DNA of 64,000 nucleotides from a virus, in the IMG/VR virus record IMGVR_UViG_3300044826_000112, one strand, 5' to 3'. The notes beneath the pieces are model-generated. The model did no database searches. It was not told the origin of the DNA and saw only the letters and a list, made by a program, of their open reading frames with translations. A program made the translations under genes and the position numbers. Positions 28,324 to 36,924 of the stretch are shown one piece after another. Numbering within the stretch: position 1 is the first letter of the stretch; the number at the start of each line of letters is the position of its first letter.

Positions 28324-29955
28324 TCACTCAGTGTAGGTGAAATCGCCTGTCAGGTACTGGTATCCCACGTTCCCGAACACGACCGCATGCATCCAATCGT
28401 CCGGCTCATCCGGGTGGTGACGGTACACACGTTTACCTACCATCGTCTCCTCTTCGAAGACGCTCAGGGCATCTTTCCAGTAGCCTTCGGTCAGCTCCCA
28501 GGACGGGCACATGAAACGATCGGCACCAAGACGCCACTTCATCATTACGTTGTCGATTGCTTGAGTACGGTCTGCAGCCAGGAATTGGCCGTTAGAGTCC
28601 CAACGCAGTCGCTTACCAGCCGACACGTACTGTACCATGATAACCTTATCATGACCCAGTTCTTTCTGCATCAGCTGACCTTGAAGAACACCGACCCCGC
28701 GGTCGGAAGCTACCATGCTGGCGTTCCAGCGACGTGCGATTTCACATACGCTGGCGACTTGATCAAGAATGTGGATTCCCTGCATCTTCCGAGACTCCAG
28801 CAGGTAGCACTTGCCATTATAGTCGTATCCGAGCACAACTGCGACTGTATATGACTTCTCACTACCGGTAACCGACCAGTCCACACCAACGACAGTTGTC
28901 TGGATGGTTGGCAGGATAGCCTTGCTGACTTCATCAAGCGGCTCACCTTTAGCTAGTGCCAGGCCGGGCCATTGCTTCCAGGTATCTACGCAGCACTTCA
29001 GAGCTTCACTCATGGACAGGGACTTACCTGACAAGTCTGTAGCAAGCCCGAACACTTCGTTCGCCAGAGTAGCTGGGGTGTACAGACCGCCTTCCTGTGC
29101 GGAGATCACTTTGTCATACAGACGCGGCCAACGCTTAGGAACACAGTTAGCACCGATAACAAGCTGCGGCAGGTGGAAACCTACGACCTTCTTGATGGTT
29201 GGTCTAGTAGATACCCAAGTACCCTTGTTCACGTCGATGAACTTACCGCACTTAACGCAAGTAGGGCCATCTGGGTGAGAGCAGATCTTAACGCATGTGT
29301 CATAGTCGCCCGGGATGTTCCAATGGTTGCAGTGAGTGCACTTCATGGCCCATTCAAGTTGGTTACTACGAAGCCAAAGCTGCTCGAGAGTGTTCGAGAC
29401 TGACTTACTGGTGCCGGCCATAACTTTGAAGCCATGGTCAGAGGCGTTAAGGATTTCGAAGATTGGTGGTAGGGCATCGAAGGAGATGTCCTGTACTTCG
29501 TCTACAGTCAGAAGGTCCGCCATGATACCACGAATACGGTCCGCATCAGATTCAGTCTGAGCGTAGGACAGGTAAATCGTGGAGCCGTTGGAGAAGCTCT
29601 TTTCGTAAACGTTACGGGAAGTACCGGTGGAGCGGAAGTACTTCTTCACCAAAGGGCTGTCCATGAAGCTATCCAGATAGGCGTTCGAGAAACGCTTGGC
29701 CTGAATCTGGAATGGTGCAATGTACAGCGAGTTGAAGTACGGCAACGCAATACTCTTAGACACCAAGCGGCCACCGAGAGATACGGACTTACCGATCTGA
29801 CGGCCAGCCTTGAACACCATCAACTCCGGGTCGATGTCATAGATCGCCCGGAAGGGTTCGTACTGGTCGAATCGTAGCGGATATCCCTTCAGCTCCAGCA
29901 GGGATGCTGCTAGCTGTGAGGCCGTGGCGATACGAACGCTTTTCTGTTTAATCAT
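28324..29955 (-). CDS. terL: Terminase large subunit (GpA-like)
   Basis: KAGRQIGKS Walker A, LLTVDEVQD Walker B, CTHC/CVKC Zn motifs, VVGVDW and PDDWMHA nuclease motifs. Confidence 0.9.
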   Translation of the reverse strand: MIKQKSVRIATASQLAASLLELKGYPLRFDQYEPFRAIYDIDPELMVFKAGRQIGKSVSLGGRLVSKSIALPYFNSLYIAPFQIQAKRFSNAYLDSFMDSPLVKKYFRSTGTSRNVYEKSFSNGSTIYLSYAQTESDADRIRGIMADLLTVDEVQDISFDALPPIFEILNASDHGFKVMAGTSKSVSNTLEQLWLRSNQLEWAMKCTHCNHWNIPGDYDTCVKICSHPDGPTCVKCGKFIDVNKGTWVSTRPTIKKVVGFHLPQLVIGANCVPKRWPRLYDKVISAQEGGLYTPATLANEVFGLATDLSGKSLSMSEALKCCVDTWKQWPGLALAKGEPLDEVSKAILPTIQTTVVGVDWSVTGSEKSYTVAVVLGYDYNGKCYLLESRKMQGIHILDQVASVCEIARRWNASMVASDRGVGVLQGQLMQKELGHDKVIMVQYVSAGKRLRWDSNGQFLAADRTQAIDNVMMKWRLGADRFMCPSWELTEGYWKDALSVFEEETMVGKRVYRHHPDEPDDWMHAVVFGNVGYQYLTGDFTYTE

Positions 29956-30057
29956 TAGGGTTCTCCTTGATTACTGATTATAGTTTAAATCCAGAGATTT
30001 CGTTATAGTCATAGCTAAAAATAGATTGGATAAAGTTTCAACATTTTGAAAACCCCT

Positions 30058-30076
30058 GGTATAATAACTGTGTAGG
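30058..30076 (+). promoter_or_regulatory. Promoter motif for the Ubl operon
   Basis: TGGTATAATAACTGTGTAGG (extended -10 TGnTATAAT), similar to 1810 (GGTATAAGTACTGTGTAGG). Confidence 0.65.
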
Positions 30077-30135
30077 CAAGTACGCTACGCTTACACATTT
30101 ACCGAACCCAAATCATATCTTTTAGGAGAAATGCC

Positions 30136-30516
30136 ATGTCTATTACCTCTACCGTAGTTAAGATCCAAGGCCAAGCCGATGTAACCCTGCCGCTGGTTCT
30201 GACCGCTCAGGAAGTCATCGCCCAGATGACCAGCCAGGATCTGAACGGTATGAACAACAGCACTTCCGAGTCCGGCTCCGTGCGTACCATCACCTTCACC
30301 AAGCGTACCGGTACCAAGGGCGCCGAGATCACCAGCACCGTGCTGAAGATCGAAGGCTACTCCGACGTGACCCTGCCGATGGCCCTGACCCTGGAGTCTG
30401 CTCGTGAGCAGTACCGCTCCGTGGATCTGTCCGGCTACAACGCCAACGTGACCGAAGACGGCTCTGTCCGTACTCTGTCCTTCACCAAGCGTACTGGTAC
30501 CAAAGGTAACGATTAA
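30136..30516 (+). CDS. Tandem di-ubiquitin-like protein (PRTRC protein C-like), two 62-aa units each ending FTKRTGTKG
   Basis: Internal duplication, 36/62 identical by manual alignment; AGGAG RBS; strongly biased codons; operon with E2-like, JAB and E1 genes. Confidence 0.8.
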   Translation: MSITSTVVKIQGQADVTLPLVLTAQEVIAQMTSQDLNGMNNSTSESGSVRTITFTKRTGTKGAEITSTVLKIEGYSDVTLPMALTLESAREQYRSVDLSGYNANVTEDGSVRTLSFTKRTGTKGND

Positions 30517-30542
30517 GTTACCTCTGGCCGGTGCCAAAAACG

Positions 30543-30569
30543 GGGAGCCTTCGGGCTCCCTATTTTTTT
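30543..30569 (+). terminator. Rho-independent terminator after the Ubl gene
   Basis: GGGAGCC-TTCG-GGCTCCC-TATTTTTTT. Confidence 0.85.
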
Positions 30570-30590
30570 AGTCTCTGCAGAGAGGTTTCT

Positions 30591-31772
30591 ATGTACTTCT
30601 GCTATACGAAAGAGTTTGATATTAGCAGAGCAAGAGCTAACGGAGTTCCTCGGATCAGCAGCGTATCTCTGGCTACCTTCGGCAGCTGGCAGGTATCTCG
30701 CACCCCATCCCCAGAGCACTACGGATTCATCAACTCGCCATCACTTGAAGAAGGTCTTAAAGACTTCCTCAATTATGGCTTTGAGGAACTTCGTAAGGTT
30801 GAGTTCACAGACTTAGCCGACGGGGAAGTAGAGAACTTCCAACGGATGATTGCGATTGACATCCAGAACATCTGTAAGGAGTTCTTACAACAGTCTGATG
30901 ATAGCGGTTGTTTTTCAATAATCAACGTGATTCAGACGGCACTGAACGACCTGTACGAAAAACTTGGAGTATCCAGCGGGCCATTCATCATCTCACACCC
31001 TCCGGTAACTACTGGAGCCCTGCGAGATTTGGTTCGTGGAATTATCTCCAACGCATCTACTGGTATGCGTAAGTTCTTTCCTCCGCGTATTGCGTCGGAA
31101 ACTACCATGCAGACCTGCCGTCCAATGATCAACACGCATCGCTTCGAGAGCTCAGAAGGATTTCAGCATTCCATCATCAAATCGCTGCGTCATGGCCCTA
31201 CTTTGGAAGCCTTAGAATATGTCGGTGAAGATGATGTAATCTCGCTGAACGGGTTCGAAATCGATCTCGATGATACTCCGCTGACTCGCCGATATGTGCG
31301 GTTCATCCAGCATTTGGCACATAAATACTCCCCGTATCGCCTGCAGGTTCGCCTGCATAGCCAATCCAGGAGTATTCGTATAATGCCACTCATCGAGCAG
31401 GATTACATTATCGAGGCAGCGTTCGAACGCTTCCGCGGTCACATCCCTTGTGAGTTGCCGGAAGATCTTCCTTTAGAAGACAAATTGGTCTTGAGCTTTA
31501 TGGTCATCTCTCAGATGAACCTAGCTCCGCGGTGGCCAATAACTATCACAGACGCGGACTACCACGAGTACAACCGTGCTGCTATGGTAGAACGCCTGAG
31601 TCGTGTAGGCACTGAGGTTAATCTCACACCTATAGATATGACTCATATCTTCAACCACATCATGCCCCATCTGGTGGAGGTAATATGGTCCATAGGCAAG
31701 CTGAAATGGACGCACTTGCAATCAACTTCGCTGAACTTCCCGGAATTGGCGACGTTTACGCAGAACGCATAG
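30591..31772 (+). CDS. Hypothetical protein of the Ubl operon
   Basis: ATG 30591 after AGAGG (the longer track start runs through the terminator); 393 aa; no motif recognised. Confidence 0.7.
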   Translation: MYFCYTKEFDISRARANGVPRISSVSLATFGSWQVSRTPSPEHYGFINSPSLEEGLKDFLNYGFEELRKVEFTDLADGEVENFQRMIAIDIQNICKEFLQQSDDSGCFSIINVIQTALNDLYEKLGVSSGPFIISHPPVTTGALRDLVRGIISNASTGMRKFFPPRIASETTMQTCRPMINTHRFESSEGFQHSIIKSLRHGPTLEALEYVGEDDVISLNGFEIDLDDTPLTRRYVRFIQHLAHKYSPYRLQVRLHSQSRSIRIMPLIEQDYIIEAAFERFRGHIPCELPEDLPLEDKLVLSFMVISQMNLAPRWPITITDADYHEYNRAAMVERLSRVGTEVNLTPIDMTHIFNHIMPHLVEVIWSIGKLKWTHLQSTSLNFPELATFTQNA

Positions 31773-31963
31773 GTCAGGCTATCGATGATATGGTCTCTCG
31801 CATTGGGGGTATCAACTTCGAGGATCGTGCGTATGTCCATGCGTTATCTATCAATCACATCAGACAGCGTCGTAACGTGCAGATCAACCGGGTCATACCG
31901 GTAGAGCAGCGTTTGAACTTCCGGGCCTACCGTCCGGTAATGTCTGGCATCGTTTTCATCTGA
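31706..31963 (+). CDS. Small hypothetical protein of the Ubl operon
   Basis: ORF fills the gap before the E2-like gene; start at 31685 or 31706. Confidence 0.55.
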   Translation: MDALAINFAELPGIGDVYAERIGQAIDDMVSRIGGINFEDRAYVHALSINHIRQRRNVQINRVIPVEQRLNFRAYRPVMSGIVFI

Positions 31964-31970
31964 GGTATCT

Positions 31971-32648
31971 ATGATCGTAGAACTCAAACCCAACGGGGTC
32001 CTCGTGGACAATGGCCTCGGTGGCAAGAAGGTCATTTCATATGAATCCTTCATCGCCGAAATTGCCAAGATGGCAACTGAAGATACTGCCGCTATGGTGC
32101 GTACCTTAGGTCTGCCGGAGGGTGCATATGTGCTGGCTCAGAATGGTCGTGAAGCGACTATCGGCATGTACTACCCCTCTCGTCGTGCCACTCTGGACTT
32201 CAGCGGTACCAAATTCAAGGACGTCCTGTTGCCCAACGTGGTAATCATGGTCGGCCTTACCAACTTCGGCGTAGACGGTGACTTTGCCATCCTGGATGGC
32301 ATTCACTGGTTCTGTACCGATCTCCCTCTGGCGATCATGCCGCGGGTTACTTTCCGTAGCCTGAATGATCTGCCAGAAGGCCTTGCTGGTCACGTATGGT
32401 GCCTGCCGTTCCCCAATATGTATTCGGGGATGGGCTGCTCCATGTGTACTGGCAGCAACAGCTTCATTAGCCGCTTCCCAGATAACCAACTGGCAGGCAT
32501 CTCCTCTTACTATAACGATCTGTTCATCGGTAGTCGCTTTAACAACGACTTGGGCCAGTGGATGATTGAGAATGGCAGAGGCTGGCCTGAATGGTTGCGT
32601 GAACTGGCGGCTGCTGAAGAATTTCCCTACAATAGACTGCGGAGTTAA
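31971..32648 (+). CDS. Prokaryotic E2-like protein (PRTRC protein B / Prok-E2_D-like)
   Basis: YYPSRR..L.F, LPNVVI, PFPNMY....MCTG with candidate catalytic Cys, F..SRFNNDL. Confidence 0.75.
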   Translation: MIVELKPNGVLVDNGLGGKKVISYESFIAEIAKMATEDTAAMVRTLGLPEGAYVLAQNGREATIGMYYPSRRATLDFSGTKFKDVLLPNVVIMVGLTNFGVDGDFAILDGIHWFCTDLPLAIMPRVTFRSLNDLPEGLAGHVWCLPFPNMYSGMGCSMCTGSNSFISRFPDNQLAGISSYYNDLFIGSRFNNDLGQWMIENGRGWPEWLRELAAAEEFPYNRLRS

Positions 32649-32653
32649 GTCTG

Positions 32654-34024
32654 ATGATCAATATCACTCTGTTCGAATCCCTGGTAACCGAGCGTGACTT
32701 CCTGGATAAGAAGTTCCCGGACCATCACAACGTGATCAACGTACTGGCAAACGATGGCAAGCTCTACCGCTACCATCGCTATGCCGGTGAGCGTGAGCTC
32801 CTGACGAAGATCGCCGAAACCCCCATCCGTTTCGTCGATAAGACTCAGCTCGTAGAGCGTCGTCAAATCGTGCCGGGCGGAGTGCGTGTTCCGATGCAGC
32901 TGTTGAAAGACATCGAGAACTTCTTCCGTGCCTTCATGATCAAGAACGTGACCTCCGCTGCCGGGTATCGCCCGGGCCACGGTGACTACGAGGCTATGGC
33001 CTTGATCCTGTACAACCTGGATACACAGCAGTATCGCGTATCCATCCCTACCCAGAAAGTCTCCAAAGCATCTGTGTCCTATGACATCGATGACAAGGCT
33101 GACAACGAGATCGTGGTAGTGGATATCCACAGCCACAACTCTATGGGTGCCTTCTTCTCCGGTGTGGATGATCGTGATGATCGCTCCGGTGCTTGGGTGA
33201 CGGGCGTACTGGGTAAATTGGATCAGCCAGAGTTCGCCTCGGTATGGCGTTTCAACGCCGGTGCTACCAAGGTTCAGCTGACCATCGCTGACATCTTCGA
33301 AACCCCGACCATCACCGCTAACCCGGTTGATCAGGCCTGGATGGACAAGGTGCAAGTAGGCTACTCCAGCTACGGTGGTACTCCGTACTACCAGCGTCCG
33401 GTAGGCGGTGCCCAAGTGGGTAACTCCAAAGTAGGGGGTGCCCAGGTGGGAAACCACAACTTTCAATCCGAAGCCAAAAGCCCCCGCATCTACGGTGCTG
33501 AGGTTGGAGGACTTGGTGGGGGAAAATCACAAGGGGGGTTCGGAAAAAACCCAGCTGGATTCCCCGTTGAAAGTGACTTCTTCGACCAAGAAGCCTACGA
33601 AGAACTCATGGACATGCTGGGTGTCGACGGCTTGGGCTCACGCCTGGACTTGGATGACGACATCCCTTTCGAGGAGGACGAAGTAGTTGGTGAGGCCGAT
33701 GCTTCTCTCGTCCGTCAAATTGACAAACTTCTCGGCCGAATCGAAAACGAGCACGCCTATGGGCTCGTAGTGGAGAACATCGTTCAGTACGTGACCGATG
33801 AAGCTGTCCTGGTGGATATGGCGGGAGAAGTAGTAGACCGCATCACCGATGGCATCCCGGATCTGACTGAGCGTGGTATCTACGTCATCACCGATCCTGA
33901 GCAAGTAGTAGATGCTATGGCCGACATGTGCGGCGAGTATCTGCATGCTGATCAAATTGCTACTGCGTTCAATGAGATCTCAGAAGCTCAGGGTGTCCTC
34001 TACACATACACTCCCAAGGAGTAA
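32654..34024 (+). CDS. JAB/MPN+ metalloprotease (PRTRC protein A-like) with Gly-rich linker and acidic C-terminal domain
   Basis: YEAMA Glu, IPTQKVS, VVDIHSHNSMGAFFSGVDDRDD JAMM motif, GVLGKLD. Confidence 0.9.
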   Translation: MINITLFESLVTERDFLDKKFPDHHNVINVLANDGKLYRYHRYAGERELLTKIAETPIRFVDKTQLVERRQIVPGGVRVPMQLLKDIENFFRAFMIKNVTSAAGYRPGHGDYEAMALILYNLDTQQYRVSIPTQKVSKASVSYDIDDKADNEIVVVDIHSHNSMGAFFSGVDDRDDRSGAWVTGVLGKLDQPEFASVWRFNAGATKVQLTIADIFETPTITANPVDQAWMDKVQVGYSSYGGTPYYQRPVGGAQVGNSKVGGAQVGNHNFQSEAKSPRIYGAEVGGLGGGKSQGGFGKNPAGFPVESDFFDQEAYEELMDMLGVDGLGSRLDLDDDIPFEEDEVVGEADASLVRQIDKLLGRIENEHAYGLVVENIVQYVTDEAVLVDMAGEVVDRITDGIPDLTERGIYVITDPEQVVDAMADMCGEYLHADQIATAFNEISEAQGVLYTYTPKE

Positions 34025-34027
34025 AAG

Positions 34028-35170
34028 ATGTTTCACACTCGATTCAACCGGATTGTGTCGAATGTGATCATCGTAGGTTGCGGCGGGACTGGTTCCCGCC
34101 TCATTCCTATGGTGGCACAGTTCATGAAAAGCTGCCCGGCTATCCTCGATCCGTTCATCACCCTGATCGACGGGGATACAGTGGAGATGAAGAATCTGGC
34201 TCGTCAGAACTTCATCAAGCCGGATATCGGCCGTCACAAGTCCGAAGTGCTGGCGGAGCGTTATGGCGGGGCTATCGAAATCCCCATCGTATCTATCCCG
34301 GAATACTACCAGTACTCCAAGTACAAGGACTTCCGCGGCTGGCTGCAGAACCACTACTCGAAGCTGGATCCGAACCTGGCCAACCGTTCTGTCGGTAGCC
34401 CGATCGTCTTCTTCGCAGTGGACTCTATGCAGGCACGGATGGAGATCTTAGCAGGCATCATGTACTCTCGCTTCCGCAACCACACCTGGGCGTCTGTGAT
34501 GCCCATCATCGTGGATGCCGGTAACGAGAATACCTTCGGCCAGGTTAGCGTGTATCACGCGGCTGTCGTACCTGATGATTCCCACTACCTCCATCATCGC
34601 CATGTAGAAGAGTTCATTCGCAGCTTCAACTCTCTGAGCACCATCAAGAAGGGCTATGTTGGCGGCGATCTCAACTTCCCACTGCGTCCTGCTCCGGTAG
34701 ACATGCTGGTATCTGCCCTGGAGAACCCCTCCGAGGCTGACGTATCGTGTGCCGACTTGGATCAGACTGCTGCGATCAACGCTCAGATGGCTGTAGGTAT
34801 GTTCACTGCATTCCAGAACATCTGTCTGAACCACAAGATGACGATTCTGACTTCCTACTTCGATATTCATAATGGCAACAGTCAGACGAAGATCGATGAT
34901 TGGCTGCTGAATCTGCCGGAAGAGGATCCCTCTAAAGGTGCTCGGGTGACCGCTGAGCGTATCGCCAAGGCATTGAAGAAGGCCCGTGATGTGAAGACTT
35001 TGGATAATGATTCTTCTGAGATGTGCCGCCTCCTGGCGTCAGGCACGGTCGATATGGATATGACCATTATCCGTGATGCCCGTCAGGTAGCCCAAGCGGC
35101 TATCAAAGATGGATCTATCTCCAAGCGTAACTTGGAGTTGGAAGCTCTGCTTAACGGCAGGGCAGCATAA
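34028..35170 (+). CDS. ThiF/E1-like Ubl-activating enzyme
   Basis: IIVGCGGTGS, DGDTVEMKNLARQNF, AVDSMQAR, DAGNE..GQV, SCAD candidate catalytic Cys, IN.QMA. Confidence 0.92.
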   Translation: MFHTRFNRIVSNVIIVGCGGTGSRLIPMVAQFMKSCPAILDPFITLIDGDTVEMKNLARQNFIKPDIGRHKSEVLAERYGGAIEIPIVSIPEYYQYSKYKDFRGWLQNHYSKLDPNLANRSVGSPIVFFAVDSMQARMEILAGIMYSRFRNHTWASVMPIIVDAGNENTFGQVSVYHAAVVPDDSHYLHHRHVEEFIRSFNSLSTIKKGYVGGDLNFPLRPAPVDMLVSALENPSEADVSCADLDQTAAINAQMAVGMFTAFQNICLNHKMTILTSYFDIHNGNSQTKIDDWLLNLPEEDPSKGARVTAERIAKALKKARDVKTLDNDSSEMCRLLASGTVDMDMTIIRDARQVAQAAIKDGSISKRNLELEALLNGRAA

Positions 35171-35171
35171 G

Positions 35172-35196
35172 AAAAGGGCCCATTGGGCCCTTTTTT
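35172..35196. terminator. Bidirectional terminator
   Basis: AAAAGGGCCC-ATT-GGGCCCTTTTTT between convergent genes. Confidence 0.85.
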
Positions 35197-36442
35197 AGCT
35201 AGACTCGAGGTCCGTTCTACGTTCACGAGAGGAGACGTCAGGAGTATCCGTAATGGAGAATACTGCCGCTTCCAAACCGTGAGTATCGAACATAGTCAGA
35301 GTACCTGCACGCTTATCCCAGCTCCAAGAGCCCATAGCTTCGGCGTGAATATCCATGATCATGTCGATGACGTTAGATGGTACACCTTCAATACCTGCCA
35401 GAAGAGTCTTCAGCTCGTTTTGATCACTAGACATATGACCATGTACGCCTTCGATGGCGGACATAACGCCGGAGATCTGGCTACCAGTGCTCGCCATAAC
35501 AGCCGATGCTTGATCTTGAACTACCTGATTGGTGTTAGTGAAACGAGAATTTACGTTATCGAAAAGCCCATTCATGCTGCTTTGCATGCTGGAAATGTGA
35601 GAGTGTACACCATTGAACTGGGTATCAGACACATCCTTTACAGCGTCCACTTGGGCAATTACCAGGTCTACTTTGGCACCCACAGTTTGACTGGTGGAAG
35701 TCACGTTAGTGTCTACCGCAGTAACCTGCAGAGCAATAGCATCCAGCTTATCCAGAATATCCAGAATAGGAGACATGTCTACTGTGCCACCGCCGCAACC
35801 GCATCCACCACCATCTCCACTACCCTCGTAGTTATCAGGCACGAAGAACTTGAACACCTGTTTGGATTCGATCAGCTGAACACCCATAGAGGTATAGGTG
35901 AAGGTGTGCCCGCAGATTACGCGGATCTTCAGGAAGGTGTCGATAGGCTGCTCTTCAATCACATGTACGTGGTTGAGCGTTAAGTCCCAAGGACGAGTAT
36001 CGGAGTAGATCTCGCTGTTATGGTTGACCATAACGTGAGTATCCGGGTATGGCTTAGGGTTGTTCTCGTCGTCGATCACACCATCAGCACGGTATAGGAC
36101 AAGCTCCCGGGAGCCACTGCCAGTGCGTGTGTTGTAGTGCATGTCGGTGAAGACTACTGGAGAGTCCAGCAGCCAGCCGCGGTGGTAAATAACGCCGAAA
36201 AAGCAGGTGTCGTAACCGCCTTCGATCTCCCAGTTAATCTGCACGGTGTGCAGGTCGGTGTAGAAATCGGCCGGAATCCCATTGCCAAAGTTAGGGGTGT
36301 ACTGAGAGACTGTTACACCTCGCTGGTACAGTTCGATCGTTGGCGGTTGGGAGATATCCAACGGCAGGATCATCTTGTACACCATCGCTTTGTAGTTAGC
36401 CACGTCGCCGTGAACGATGGGGTTAGATGCAATTAGCTTCAT
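35195..36442 (-). CDS. Putative virion protein with Gly/Cys linker and coiled-coil C-terminal half
   Basis: GSGDGGGCGCGGG linker followed by a heptad-like region. Confidence 0.65.
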   Translation of the reverse strand: MKLIASNPIVHGDVANYKAMVYKMILPLDISQPPTIELYQRGVTVSQYTPNFGNGIPADFYTDLHTVQINWEIEGGYDTCFFGVIYHRGWLLDSPVVFTDMHYNTRTGSGSRELVLYRADGVIDDENNPKPYPDTHVMVNHNSEIYSDTRPWDLTLNHVHVIEEQPIDTFLKIRVICGHTFTYTSMGVQLIESKQVFKFFVPDNYEGSGDGGGCGCGGGTVDMSPILDILDKLDAIALQVTAVDTNVTSTSQTVGAKVDLVIAQVDAVKDVSDTQFNGVHSHISSMQSSMNGLFDNVNSRFTNTNQVVQDQASAVMASTGSQISGVMSAIEGVHGHMSSDQNELKTLLAGIEGVPSNVIDMIMDIHAEAMGSWSWDKRAGTLTMFDTHGLEAAVFSITDTPDVSSRERRTDLESS

Positions 36443-36924
36443 ACAGATTCCTCCATAGCCCGAATGTAGAGACGAATAGCTTTCGCTTTGTTAGCGGTCT
36501 CTTGTTCGGTTTGCTCTGTGGTCAGGGGCTCTTTGATGAAGTCGAATGGTGGAACAGCTTTGGCGTACCCTTCTTCCTGCAGTACGTAATGGCAAATAGT
36601 GGCCAGTACGGAGGAGTCTTTGATATCTACCAAGCCCTTCAGTTCAACTAAAGCCCACGCTAGCTCGAGACTGTTCGGCATGTGCACGAAATCAGGCTCA
36701 AGCAGGTGTCCGTTTGCTACTTCTACGAAACGTAGGAAGTAGTCTGCGTTCTCAAGGAATTCAAGCGGGTTATGCTTGACGGCCTTGATCATTTGGATCT
36801 TCTCGACAGTATGGGGGTCGAAAGCGGCCCCCGTATCCAGGGAGAGCGTCTCTGTTTCCAGAGACGTCCAATCCTGGCCATACCGTCGAGTGAAGAGTTT
36901 ATCAAGTCTCACTAGAGTGCTCAT
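36439..36924 (-). CDS. Hypothetical virion-cluster protein
   Basis: 161 aa, ATGA-coupled. Confidence 0.7.
   Translation of the reverse strand: MSTLVRLDKLFTRRYGQDWTSLETETLSLDTGAAFDPHTVEKIQMIKAVKHNPLEFLENADYFLRFVEVANGHLLEPDFVHMPNSLELAWALVELKGLVDIKDSSVLATICHYVLQEEGYAKAVPPFDFIKEPLTTEQTEQETANKAKAIRLYIRAMEESV

Noticed and set aside
30531-30590. Track start of the 413-aa ORF at GTG 30531
   Set aside because: It runs through the terminator hairpin; ATG 30591 has a proper RBS.
34028-35170. ThiF/MoeB for thiamine or molybdopterin synthesis
   Set aside because: It lacks the paired CxxC Zn motifs and pathway genes, and sits with E2-like and JAB genes instead.
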